NCBI RefSeq assembly: GCF_009914755.1 | Contig: NC_060927.1 | Reading direction: 5' to 3' (one strand) | Length of the DNA stretch: 64,000 bases | DNA from: the human T2T-CHM13v2.0 reference genome, Homo sapiens | In this document: piece by piece, positions 1 to 13,430 of the stretch | Layout: every line of letters starts with the position of its first letter | Numbering within the stretch: the stretch's first letter is position 1 | The notes under the pieces: model-generated | What the model was told of the DNA's origin: nothing | Seen by the model: the letters and a program-made list of their open reading frames with translations, nothing else | The model's database searches: none | Position numbers and translations under genes: made by a program

Positions 1-494
1 GAATTTGTTTATGATTTGTAAAATATTGTTGTATCTTTATAAATGTTTTTTCTCTTATCCCATTCTAGATAATATTTTCTTAGCGGCTAGTCATTTTCAA
101 ATCGCTTTGGGAAATATGGGTTATTTGCTGATGTTTCTCAACAGTGGCTTCCTTTAAATTTGTTTTGCCAAAATGATCCTTCTACTCTGCAGGAAAACTT
201 CCAAACTCCTTGACTCAAAAAGTCATTTGCAGTAAAGTGATTTTCTGTAGTAGTATGTTTTGATTCCTTGCTTTTTATTTTCTGTGTATCTATTTTATGT
301 TTCCGTTTTGTTGTTATCATGTGGCTTATGAAAAGCATCTTATACTTGCAACAGGTTATTTTATGCCAATTACAACTTAATTGCAAAAATTCCCTAAGCT
401 ATGCACTTTTACTTCACTGTCCCCACCTCACTTTGAACTTTTAATGTCACAATTTACATCTTTTTGTATTGCATATCCCTTAAAAATTGTTGTG

Positions 495-626
495 AACTGG
501 TCACAGTGGGATGTACCTGTAATACCAGCTACTCGGGAGGCTACGCAGAAGGATTGCTTTAGCCCAGGAGTTTGAGACCAGCCTGGGCAACATCATGAGA
601 CCCCCCCCATCTCAGTTTTTAAAAAA
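495..626 (+). mobile_element. FLAM (free left Alu monomer) inserted in L1MA
   Basis: CCTGTAATACCAGCTACTCGGGAGG..AGCCCAGGAGTTTGAGACCAGCCTGGGCAAC monomer followed by short A tail. Confidence 0.85.
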
Positions 627-1325
627 TATTGTGGTGATTACAATTTTTAATAGTTTTGATTTTTAACTTTCATACCAAAGATATAGGTAATTTTTATATC
701 ATCATTATAGTATTAGAGTATTCTGAATTTGACTGTGTCCTTAATTTACCAGTGAGTTTTTATGCTACTTATGAGCCACCTTTCCTTTCAGCTTGAAGAA
801 CTCCCTCTAGCATTTATTCTAAGGCAGGCCTAGTGATGATGAGCTCCCTCAGCTTTTGTTTGTCGAAAAGTCTTATCTATCCTTCATTTCTGAAGGACAG
901 CTTTGCTGGATATAGTATTTTTAAACAACAAACAAAGACAGTAAGAAAGAAGAAATTGAAGAAACTATACAAAACAACTAGAAAACAGTGAACAAAATGG
1001 TAGTAGTAAGGCTTTACCTATCAATAATTACCTTGAGTGTAAATGGATTACATTTTTTCCAATCAGAATACATAGGGTGGCTGAATGGATAAAAAAACAG
1101 AACACAACAAAACTATGTGCTGCCTTCAAGAGACTCACTTCACCTATAAGGGCACACGCATAGTCTGAAAGTGAAGGGATAAAGAAAGATATTCCATGCA
1201 ACTGAAAATCAAAAGAGAGCAGAGTAGGTGTACCTAGGTAAAATAGACTTTAAATTACAAGCTGTAAAAAGAGACAAAGGGCATCATATAATGATAAGGG
1301 GGTCAGTTCAGCAAAAGGACATCAC

Positions 1326-1412
1326 ATACATATGTGTATATATATATATATATTTGTACACACATAACATATTATATATATATATACATAACATATTATA
1401 TATATATATATG
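1326..1412. repeat. (TA)-rich simple repeat with a 24-bp tandem duplication, inside L1 EN region
   Basis: ACATAACATATTATATATATATAT occurs twice before GCACCCAAC. Confidence 0.9.
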
Positions 1413-2814
1413 CACCCAACATAGAAGCAACTAAATATAAAAAATCAAATATTAATAGATTTGAAGAGAGAGATAGACTGCAATACGATAATATTGGGGA
1501 ACTTCAATTCTCAACTTTCAGCAATGTACAGATTATCCAGACGGAAAACCAGCAAGGAAACATCGGATTTAAGCTACACTCTAGACCAAACACACCTAAG
1601 AGACATAAGCAAAACATTTCATCCATTCGCCACAGAATACACATTCTTCTCAACTGCACATAGATATCACCTCACTTCTGGTAGAATGACTATCATAAAA
1701 AAGACGAAAGATATCAAGTGTGGGCAAGGATGTGGAGAAAAAGAAACCCTTGCACATGCTGGTGGGAATATAAATTAGCTCGGCCATTATAAAAAGCAGT
1801 ATGGAGATCCCTCAACAAATTGAAAATAGAACTACTATGTGATCCAGCAATTCCAGTGCTGAGAATATTTCCAAAAGAAATGAAATCAGTATATTGAAAA
1901 TATATCTATACTCCCATGTTTATTGTAGCACTATTCACAATAGCCAAGACATGAAATCAACCTAAGCGACCATCAACAAATAACTGGATAAAGAAAATGT
2001 GGTATATATACATGATTGAATACTATTCAGCCACAAAGATAAGGAAATCCTGTAATTTGCAACAACATGGATGAACTTGACAAAATCATGTTAAGTGAAA
2101 TACTCTAGGCACAGAAAGACATACTGCATGATCTCACTTATATATGAAATCTAAAAAAAGTTTATTTCATAGAATTAGAGAGTAGAATAGTGTACTGGAA
2201 GAGTGGGGTGGTTAAGGGGAAAGGGGATTTTAGGAGATATTGGTCAAAGGATACTTAATTACAGTTAAATAAAATAAAGAAATCTGTTATACAGCATGGT
2301 GACTATAGTTAATGACAGTATATTATTCTTGAAAAATGCTAAGAAAGTGGGTATTAAATGTTCTTATTACAAAAATGATAACTATATGAGGTAATGCATT
2401 TGTTAATTAGCTAAATTTAACCATTCCTATTGGAATTATATATAATTATTTACCAATTTTTTTCTACCATTAATCTATGGCACTCTTTAATTATTCCTAT
2501 AGGAATAAATTTAGCTAATTAACAAATGCATTGTATTATTATAATGTTCTATTATATTACAGTAATAATGTATTATATATATTATTCCTATTATAGGAAT
2601 GATTATATTTAGCTGTTTAACAAAACATTAAATTATACATGATAAATACCCACAATTATATATGTTAATTAAAACATAATTTGAAAACAAAGTCATTTTC
2701 TTTGGGAGTAACTATTCTAAAACCAATTTTAGAATAATTTATGACTTTTTAGATTTGCATAGTTTGTATTAGTTACCTGGAACATCTAGACCCTACTCGT
2801 TTGCTGGACAAAGA

Positions 2815-3866
<1,052 letters not shown>

Positions 3867-4449
3867 CACTCTTCATTCTATAACAAATTTCATTTTTGGG
3901 CAATAATAATAATAGAGCCTGTAATTAATCATTATAAAGTCTAGTAACTCAGACGGGTGGCAGAAAGCTTTTAGAAGTGCTTGCTCTTCCTCCCCTGAAT
4001 TTTCTCAGGTTTTGAATGCCTAGATAGTTGCTTAATGGAATTTCTACTGTCTTCTCTGATAGTTTTGTAGTTCCCACAAATTAACTTCAGATTATCATTG
4101 TTATCTGTTGAATCTCTCTGGTAGCAAAGCATTCATCTATGCAATCTGCTTCTTTAAAGCGTAAGGCAGAAGTATTTATAATAAAAAGCACATCACAATA
4201 AAGGAGATGACAGATAAGCATGTAAGTATCTTCTGCTTCCCTTTTTAAAAACATTCATTGAAAGTTTTTCTAAAAGATGCAATATTTGTGTGAGCTTTCC
4301 TCTCTCAGTTGAGTATGGACTAGGTAATTTCCTGAGTCCTATTGCATTGGGGTTGGTCATCGGCCAATAAAAATCTCTGGTTTCTACTAGATAAAAGTTT
4401 TGATTTTCTCCTTTTTTACCCCTCTGTTCTTCTTCCTGTTGTTTCTTCT

Positions 4450-4620
4450 TTTCTGCTTATCATTGTAGTATGATATGCATTCAGAAATTTGTAGGTAAGT
4501 ATAGAGTTCGGTGACTTTTTGCAGGCTGAACACGCTTGTGCAACCAGCATCCAAGAAGCCCACTTCCTGCTGCATTCTTGTCACTACTACTCCACTTCCA
4601 AGGGGAACCAGCATCCTAAC
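4450..4620 (-). mobile_element. L1ME 3' end (continues at 7715-7990)
   Basis: GAACACGCTTGTGCAACCAGCATCCAAG..GGAACCAGCATCCTAAC matches antisense L1ME3 3'UTR; resumes after the nested insertion. Confidence 0.6.
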
Positions 4621-4824
4621 TTTTTTTTGAGACAGGGTCTCACTCTTTCATCCAGGCTGGATTGCCATGGTGCTATTACAGTTCACAGTAACCTCAAACT
4701 CCTGGCCTCAAGCTATCTTTCCACCTCCATCCCCTAAGCAGCTGGAACTACAGGTGCATGCCACCACATCTAGCTAATATTGTGTGTGTGTGTAAAGATG
4801 TGTCTCATTATGTTGCCCAGGCTG
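4621..4824 (-). mobile_element. AluJ, 5'-truncated
   Basis: T-tail, GAGACAGGGTCTCACTCT, AACTCCTGGCCTCAAG (J-type), ends ATGTTGCCCAGGCTG. Confidence 0.9.
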
Positions 4825-7361
4825 CTTTTTGGTTAAAAAATTATTGTACATATTTATAGAGTACACACGATGTTTGATACATGCATACAATGCATAATCA
4901 TCAAATCAGGGTATTTAGAATATTCATCACCTTGAATATTTATTATTTCTTTGTGTTGAAAACACTTCAGATCTTCTCTTCTAGCTATTTTGAAATATAT
5001 AATATATTATTAACTATAGTCACTCTAGTGTGTTATGGAATAATATAACTTATTTCTTCTATCTAACTGTCTGTTTGTACTATTAACAAACCTCTCTTCA
5101 TACTCACATCTTTCCTAGTTTCTGAAACCTATCATTCTACCCTCTACCTCCATAAGATCCAATTTTTATGCTCCCACATATAAATGAGGGCATGTGATAT
5201 TTGTCCTTCTGTGCCTGACTTATTTCACTAATGTAAAGACCTCCACTTCTACCCATCTTGCTGCAGATTTATAATATTTCATTTTTATAGCTAAATAGTA
5301 TTTTATTGTGTGTATATCACATTTTTCTTTATTCATTTGTTGATGGACACTGAAGTTGATTCCATATCTTGGCTCTTGTGAATAGTGCTGCAATAAACAT
5401 GGAGGTGCAGTTATCCCTTTGATATACAGATTTCCTTTCCATTGGATAAATACTCAGTGGGGATTGCTGAATGGTATGATATTTCTATTTTTATTTTTTT
5501 GGGAAACCACCATACTGTATTCCATAATGGTTATACTAATTTACATTCCCACCAACAGTATAGAAGAGTTCCCTCTTCTCCAATCCTCACCAGCATTTGT
5601 TATTTTTTGTCTTTTTGGTAATAGCCCTTGTTACTGGGGTAAAAGGATGTCTCATCATAGTTTTGATTTGATTTTTTCTGATGATAAGTTATGTTGAACA
5701 TTTTTTTTCATATACCTGTTGGCCATTTGTATATCTTCTCCTGAGAAATGTTTATTCAGAATCTTTGCCCAGTTTATAATGAAATTTTTTTAGGGCTTTT
5801 TTTTTCTTTTGAGTTGTTTGAGTTCTCTCTATGTTCTGGATAATAGTCTCGTGCTGAATAAATAGTTTGCAAATATTTTCTACCATTTACAAGTTGTCTC
5901 TTAACTCTTTATTGTTTCCTTTTTTGTGAAAGAGCTATTTAGTTTAATATAGTCCCATTTGTCTATTTTGGGTTCTGTTGCCTGTGCTTTTGAAATCTTA
6001 GCCATAAAATTGTTGCCTAGGCCAATGTACTGCATCAATTTTTCTATATTTTCTTTTAGTACTTTTATAGTTTTGGGTTTTACATTTAAGTCTTTAATAC
6101 ATTTTAAGTTGATTTCGGTATGTGGTGAGAGACAGGGCTCTAGTTTCATTCTTTTACATGTAGATACCCAATTTTCCCAGCAGCATTTATTAAACAGGGC
6201 ATCCTTTCTTCAATGTAAGTTCTTAGTGCCTTTGTTAAAAATCAGTTGCCTGTAAATATGTGGATATATTTCGGGATTCTCTAGTCTGTTCCACTGGAGT
6301 ATGTGTCTGTTTTTACACCAACACCATGCTGTTTTGTTTACTATAGATTTATAGAATATTGTGAAGTAAGGTAAAGTGATACCTCCAGCTTTGTTCTTTT
6401 TACTCAGCATTGCTTAGGCTATTTGAGGTTGCTTGCGGTTCCATACAAATTTTGAGGGTTTTTTTTTCTATTTCTGTGAGGAATGTGTTTGGTATTTTGA
6501 TAGAGATTGCTTTTAGTAGTATGATCACATTAACAATATTAATTCTTCTTATCCATGAGCATGGTCTATCTTTCCATTTGTGTCCTCTTCAATTAGTTGC
6601 ATGAGTGTTTTATAGTTTTTCTTGCAGAGGTCAGTCATCTCCTTGGTTAAATTTATTTACAGTTATTTTATTTTTTGGTAGCTATCGTGAATGGGATTGC
6701 TGTCTTCATTTTACTTTCAGCTTGTTCATCATGCATAAAAACGCTATTGATTTTTGCATGTTGATTTTGTATTCTGCAACTTTACTGAATGTGTTCATTA
6801 GTTCTAGGAGTTTTTTGTTGATCTTTAGGTTTTTCTGTATATATGATCATGTCATCCAAAAGAAGAACAATTTGACTTACTCTTTTTCAATTCGAGTGCC
6901 TCTTATTTAATTCTCTTGCCTGTTTGTTCAGGCTAGAATTCCAATACTGTATTGAATAGGGGTAGTTAAAGTGGGCATCCTTGTCTTTTTCCCATTTTTA
7001 AAGGAAAGGTTTTCAGATTTTTCCTATTCACTATGATGTTAGCTGTAAGTTTAAAATATATGGCCTTTATTATGTTGAATTATTTTCCTTCTATGCCTAA
7101 TTTATTTACACTTTTTATGAAGGGATATCGAATTTTATCAAATGCTTTTATTGCTTCTATTGAGATAATAAAATGTTTTTTGTCCTTCATGATGTTGATG
7201 TGATGTATCAAGTTTATTGATTTGCATATGCTGAACTATTCTTGCATTCCTGGGACAATTTCATTTAATCATGGTATGTTGTGTTTTTGATGTGTCATTG
7301 AATTGAGTTTGCTAGTATTTTGAGAAGTTTTGCATCTATGTTTATCAGGGATATTGGCTTG

Positions 7362-7405
<44 letters not shown>

Positions 7406-7714
7406 TCTGGTTTTGGTCATAAGATAATGCTGGCCTTGTGGAATGAGTTAGGAAGAATGCTGTCTTTTAAAAAACGTTAAGAATAATTTGAGAAGAATTG
7501 GTGTTAGTTCTTCTTTATAAGTTTGGTAGAATTCAGAAGTAAAGCCTTCTGGTCCTGGGCCATTTTTTTATTGGGAGACTTTTTATTACTTATTCAATCT
7601 CATTGCTCATTATTGGTGTGCTTATGTTTTCTTTTTCTTTCTGGTTTAATCTCAGTAGATTGCATGTGGCTGGGAATTTGTCCATTTCCTCTAGGTTTTC
7701 TGATTTGTTAGCAT
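4825..7714 (-). mobile_element. L1MA3/4-like, 5'-truncated (~2.9 kb)
   Basis: L1MA 3'UTR then antisense ORF2; ORFs 5901-6149 ([10 protein letters not shown]) and 6210-6410 ([11 protein letters not shown]). Confidence 0.92.
7363..7404. repeat. (TG)21 microsatellite
   Basis: Direct reading. Confidence 0.97.
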
Positions 7715-7990
7715 AACCACCGTTCTTATTTCTAACAGCATAGCATACTTTGCCTGTTTTTGTACTTTATATAAACAGAATTACATAGTACACAGTCCTT
7801 CATGTCTGCTTTTGTTTGCTCAATGTTTTGTTATGAGGTTCATCCATGGTGTTGTTTGGAATATGATTTGCTGTGCTCATTGCTATATAGTACTCCTTGT
7901 ATTAATACGCCATAATTCACATATATATTCTACTATTTACTAGCATCACAGGACTGCTATGCATAATACTGGTATAAACAATTTTGATAC
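7715..7990 (-). mobile_element. L1ME 3'UTR continuation
   Basis: TTTGCCTGTTTTTGTACTTTATATAAACAGAAT..TGAGGTTCATCCATGGTGTTG. Confidence 0.7.
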
Positions 7991-8896
7991 ATGTTTTCAT
8001 GCTTGGTTCTTAAAAAATTTATCTGAAGTCCCCCAAATGACCCAAACACTTTGCATCAACATAATAACCACTCTAAAGAAGACATGCAGTGCTTAGGTTT
8101 TTACACACTTCTGAGTGAAATGTATTGCTTGAGGAAACTTCCTGTCCTATCTTTCTCAGTCAGGGAAAAAACGTGTGCTCTGACCCCAGATTTAATAGGC
8201 CACTAGAGGATTCTGATTCTCAAATATCACCCTTTCAGATGATGCACAAACTGATAAGCGACAAAGAGAGTGCTTCTCACAAAGCCAAATTATCTGTGGT
8301 TGAAAAAGCAGGCAGAATATGACAGCTTAGAAGGAATGAGGCTTTAGATAAGGGAATAATCTATGGCTCTGTTCTTTTTGGCCTTCCTGCCATGGGGAAC
8401 GAGATTGAGCTCTCCCCCTCTTCCCTGTCACCGTCTCTATCCAATTCTAACCATGTATACGTCAAGTAGGCATCCCCCAAAACTAAGCACAAACAATGAA
8501 GAATGACTTCCTGATGTTATACGTTTTGCTAGTCATGAATCACTCACTCATCCCTTATTTGGATAAGATAAAACTCCCGTCTTTCAAACTCCTTTAGAAT
8601 TAGATTAGGGGAAGAGGATGAATTTTAAGGAGAAATCTCAAAATATTATCCACAATGGCTCTTCTCAATGAGATATGATGGGAGGTAGTGATAACTTTGA
8701 GTTCTTCTACTAGAATTTCCTGGACAACTTGTTCAAGGTGCAGAATTAGGGCTCCATCTCAGTCAATCAGACTTACGCCCTTAAGACCCCCATGTTCCCA
8801 GGGTTTTTATTTGCTTAACCTTGGCTATCCTACTCCCTTGGCTTGGGACACCCACTTGTGGTATCTTGCCAAGTAAGAAACTACTGGCATCTACAG

Positions 8897-9225
8897 CAAC
8901 AGTATCCAGTAGGAACATAATGTGAGTCACAAATGTGAGCCGTAAAGCAAAATGTATCACATTAAATACACTAAAAAGAAACGAGTAAACTTATTTTTGA
9001 TGATATATTTTATATAACTCAATATATCTAAAATATTGTTATTTCAGTATATAATAAATTTAAAAATTATTAATTTGCATTCTTTTATTTATAATAAGTT
9101 TCCACAATCTGGAGTTTATTTTATGCTTACAGAGTATTCAATTCTCCAGTTACAACTCAGACTAGTTACATTTCAAGTGTTCAACAGCCACACAGAGCTA
9201 GTGGCTACTGTACTGGGCAGCACAG
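8897..9225 (+). mobile_element. MER33 (hAT-Charlie) DNA transposon
   Basis: Ends ACATTTCAAGTGTTCAACAGCCACACAGAGCTAGTGGCTACTGTACTGGGCAGCACAG; AT-rich internal part matches MER33. Confidence 0.85.
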
Positions 9226-9638
9226 ATATAAATAATCTAATAAATAGCCTACATAATCAGACAAAAATGATCAAGTAAATGAATTACTAAACAAATAAGT
9301 AGATAAGTGAAAGTAGCTTCCCTCAGATTCTGCATTTGTTATTTATCCTCTATATGTCTTCATTTTTTATCATTAGTGGTGGGTTTGTGTTGTAAGTTTG
9401 TGAGGGAAAGAAAGACTGGGACAAAAGGAGAAAATGTGACCAAATTTTAATTATTTCAAAGTCCTCTTATTTGTTGCCTTTTTTGTTTGTTTGTTTTTAT
9501 TCTTGAATTTTTTCTTAATGAATGAAGAAAATGAGAAAGAAGGAAAGGAATGAAGAATAAAGGAAGGAAGGAAGGAAGAGAAGAACTTGCATTAGAAGTT
9601 GAAGGAAGACTTATTTTATTTAATCCAGTTTAATTAGA

Positions 9639-9828
9639 GCAGTGGCTTTTTAACTATAGTGTGCCTCATACTCATAGTGATCTGGGGAATATATTTGGAA
9701 TGCAATAGTATGAGCCCCATCCCAGAAAACAAATGGAATATGGCAGAATTGGGATGAGCACTCTAACAAATACTCTGGGCAGTTCTTATGTAGCTTGTGC
9801 AGGTAATAATTTTAGGAACATGGGTTAG
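9639..9828. mobile_element. Diverged MER5-family element
   Basis: Degenerate TIRs CAGTGGCTTTTTAACT / TTTAGGAACATGG; AGCCCCATCCCAGA core. Confidence 0.45.
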
Positions 9829-10139
9829 AAACAGTCTAGGACTGGCCAATAAGATATGTTTGGTAAGTAAATGTTCCTCTTAGAGCAAAAATATTAATTT
9901 CATGGTCTGACAGAAGAATCAGCTGTCATTGAAACAGACATTGTCTCTCATCTTTGAAACTTACTGAGCAACATTTAAACGCACTTTGGTCCTAGCAGGC
10001 TCAATCAGAGATACCACTGTCAAAAAGTTCTTCACCTTAAAAAGCCAATGAGAAGCATGGACCTATGGATACCCCCACTTTCACACAGCTAGGTGTCTTA
10101 TCACTACACATGCCCCTGAGCCAACTCTAACTCAAGACA

Positions 10140-10315
10140 CACACCCTGTAAGGGAGGTACCAAGGTAGAGCTGTGGAGGTGCAGAGGACAGGAGGAGGCT
10201 CAGGAAGGCTTTTTGCAGTAGGCCCCACTGGACGTGTGTCTTGGATGGTGGAGAGGATTTCATCAGGTGAAGACGGGAGGGACATTCTAAGCAGAGGTTT
10301 GCAATGGAAAAACTT
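10140..10315 (-). mobile_element. L2 fragment
   Basis: TCAGGAAGGCTTTTTGCAG..GGACATTCTAAGCAGAGG antisense L2 motifs. Confidence 0.6.
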
Positions 10316-10442
10316 AAGAACATCTAGGAAAAGTTTTCAGAGTGTCAGGGGAACAGAGTAGAAGTTAAGTATTAACTCATCATGAGGAAAGTCAAATTTT
10401 CTCGGGTCCACATTTAGATTAAAGGTTGTAAAGGTTTTACAT

Positions 10443-10577
10443 ATACAGGGGTACCATTTGTTGCAGTTTGTACCAGACAGTTCTACTTTGTGCTCCTTGT
10501 CACAATAAACTTATTAATAGTGTCCTCTTTATTCTCATGAGGGTCCCATTTTAGATGTAAATTATATGGCCACTGTA
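10443..10577 (-). mobile_element. MER94 (hAT-Blackjack)
   Basis: Reverse complement begins TACAGTGGCCATATAATTTACATC..CACTATTAATAAG; terminal inverted repeats. Confidence 0.75.
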
Positions 10578-10820
10578 TTGTGGTATAATGTGGTATAATG
10601 ATTTTCTCTCCAGTAATGTCTCAGGAGACCAGGGAGAGGGAGAAGTTAGAGACTTATCCAGTGAAACCTAAAATATAGTTAAAGCCCATATAAAATGTGT
10701 ACTGGACCAAAGTCACTAAGACAAAGGAGCTGACCCTTTTATAAACACTTCATGAAGAACAAATTATTTAACCTCTGTAAGTCAATTTTCTCTTCCTTAA
10801 AGTTTGAATAACAATAATTT

Positions 10821-11158
10821 ATAAACCCCTAATACCTTTTCCAAAAACCTTGGGACCAGACAAATTTTGAAATTTAGGATTTTTCAGGAAACCTTCTTTT
10901 TTCAGATTTTAGAAAGGTAATTATATACCTTCCTTCCCATGATATACAGCACCCAGTAATCATCACAGCACTGTTTCTGCAGTAAATGTATGAATATGCA
11001 CACAAAGTGGGATAATAAGCATTTTTAGCTTCACATCAGTTCTAGTCATGTTTTGCCACAAATAGGTTTGTCACAAAGGTGGTGGGGAGAATAAGTTATT
11101 TTGTTTTGTTTTAAGAGCCCATTGTATGTTAAAATTGCTAATAAGGGACTATGGAATT
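10821..11158 (+). mobile_element. MER46C (Tigger) inserted in a MIR (10760-10820 and 11160-11265)
   Basis: CTTGGGACCAGA..GATTTTAGAAAGGTAAT..GTATGAATATGCACACAAAGTGGGATAA..GATAAGGGACT-like end. Confidence 0.75.
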
Positions 11159-12191
11159 TTATTTTACTCACAGAATGAAAAATATATTAAATTAGGTTTT
11201 TCATGTAAAGTGCTTAGCAGAATGTTCAAGGAAGGCAAACTACTAACAATGCTTATTATTGTTATTTCCTCGAGATCCCAGAGAAAAAGTTGTACAAGTT
11301 GATCTTCAGCTGTTACTCGATAGTGAATATTACTCTTTGTCTCTGCTCTGAATCACAGACTTTTCCTCAAATGATCTCAGTCTCACAACTTCATCATCCA
11401 TCAATCAGGATGAGCAGTGACCCTCCATTGGCTCCCTGAGTCCACACTCCCTAATGTGATAAAGTGAAAATAAATAGGGCCTTATGCAAATTCTATTAAA
11501 ATCCAATCAAGGAAAATGAACTGCAGACATCTGCTCTTCCCTGTCAGTGTCATTTGAATGTTTTTTCCTGGTCTTAAAATAAAAACAAGAACAAAACAAA
11601 AATTAAAAGCAAACAAAAAAAGATTGTTTTTGTTTCTTGAGTGCCTGCCAGGCTAGCATTCAAGCATTTGATCCACTAAATAACTATTTGAACAAGAGCA
11701 GTGGAAAAGTAAACAGTAAGGTGAAGGGGACACAGGCTATATATTAGCTGGTTCTTTTTTTCTCATTCAAAAATGTATTGTTGGTGAGCTCACTTTTCTT
11801 TCAGATAACAGTGAAACAGTGGTTTGCATCTGTTTGAAAATGGTGGTCCAGCTTTGTATTGAAACCTATAAACCATGAGTGAAAAGAAAGTCATTTTGAA
11901 TATCAAGAAAAAAATAAAAACACATCTGACTGGGTCTACCTGGGTCAAGTAAATATCTGATCGGTTAATCTGTGTTGTCTTCCCCAACTAGGAGAGGCTT
12001 GTATTCTATTTCTCCATACTTCACCTCTGTAGGGTTATTGTGTGATTTCTCCAGCCAATGAACATTCAGGTTTCCAGTGATGTGTGAAAACCACAACAAG
12101 CCACAGTCCAGTCCACATTAGTCGCTTCTGAGAGGATGAACACTCTGGACACTATGACCCAGGTATGCTGTTGGCACAGTTGTTTTCTCCA

Positions 12192-12322
12192 TTCTGGACT
12201 GAATATCTACTCAGGGCAAACTGAACGCTCAGATCGCACTGATTGGACCCAGTATGTGGACTGGTCTGAACTAGTATAAGTTTGCCTTATTCCAATGTTT
12301 CAGACTAGTGAGTGATGGCCCA
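12192..12322. mobile_element. Ancient palindromic repeat, MER135-like
   Basis: Nested inverted arms GGCAAACT/AGTTTGCC, TCAGATC/GGTCTGA, ACTG/CAGT around the loop ATTGGACC; name from memory of the consensus. Confidence 0.55.
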
Positions 12323-13258
12323 GATACACTTAACACTACAAATCCCAGTTAAGAAAACCAATACTTTGATTTCTCCAGCTACGTGGACAACTGAGACACA
12401 TGTCCTATTCCACATACTCCAATGACGCTGTCCTCATTGACTTTCACATTCTTATCAGCCAGGGTAAATTTACATTTAGACACTCATCACATGGAACCAC
12501 AGATCAGCTTCTCTCTCTCACCCAGCACTTTATCTCAAGACTTCAAGACCCCTCTGCTAGTCTAGCCCATGGTATTTCCCAAAGGAAAGTGGATTGAATT
12601 AAGATGGCTAGGAGTCCCCAGTAGCTAACTTCTTTCTTTTATTTACAACCCGAGACTCATCTGAGATAGTTAAACAAAATCCATCCATTTCCTTCTAAGA
12701 CTTACATGAGCTTCTTGGTTTGTCACAGGGAGAGGTGCAGGCCATTTATGTTTCATCTTAAGGGATTGACCGTTGAAAACAGTAAGCATTGTGTCTAAGA
12801 AGAATGGGATTATGATTTGTGCTTATAATAAAATATAAACAAATTAAGAAAACAGTAATGTTTTAATAATAACTGTTAAGAGATTCTTAAATGGCTTATG
12901 TTATTCTGGGTAGAGCTGGTTCAATTTAATAACATAATATGGATAAATCAAGAAAATAGAAAGGCAAACACAAAACACCAGTATTTATTTAATAGTTGGC
13001 TTCTGTTCTACCCAAATTATTAAATTACCTGCCCTAGTTCACCAATTCGCTTCTTTGGAGTAAACATATTTTTTGTCAAAGTAAATGATCTGCCAAAATG
13101 TGAGTAGTTATAAATCCATTTAGCAAAAATCCCCTGTGAAGGCTTAATAACTGGTTTCCATGATTTCTGTGCAACAGGGTAGAAAAACCCTCTTTTATTT
13201 TAGTGCCCCTTAAACAAGATTCCAGTTTAATGCTGAAGAATTGTGTGGGGAGAGAAGC

Positions 13259-13430
13259 ATGATTTTTGCACCCAGGGGACATTTGACAATGCCTGAAATT
13301 GTTTTTTTGGTTGCCAAAACCAGGGTTCTAGGGGAGGGTGCTACTGGCATCCTACAATGTACAGAACACCCCCTATAACAAAGAATCATCTGGCCTTAAA
13401 TGTAAATAGTGCTAAAGTTGAGAATTCCTG
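13259..13430 (+). mobile_element. MER20 with a small internal deletion
   Basis: CCCAGGGGACATTTGACAATG..TGCTACTGGCATC|CTACAATG..GTTGAGAATTCCTG. Confidence 0.85.

Larger units (their letters stand above)
229..2688 (+). mobile_element. L1MA (L1MA6/7-like) with 5' inversion (229-922 antisense), ~3 kb internal ORF2 deletion and intact 3' end
   Basis: 229-922 is antisense ORF1 end/inter-ORF; ORF2 start ATGGTAGTAGTAAG..TCAATAATTACCTTGAGTGTAAATGG at ~997; EN motifs in ORF 1461-1778; L1MA 3'UTR to ~2685; TSD AAAGTCATTT at 219-228 and 2689-2698. Confidence 0.88.
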
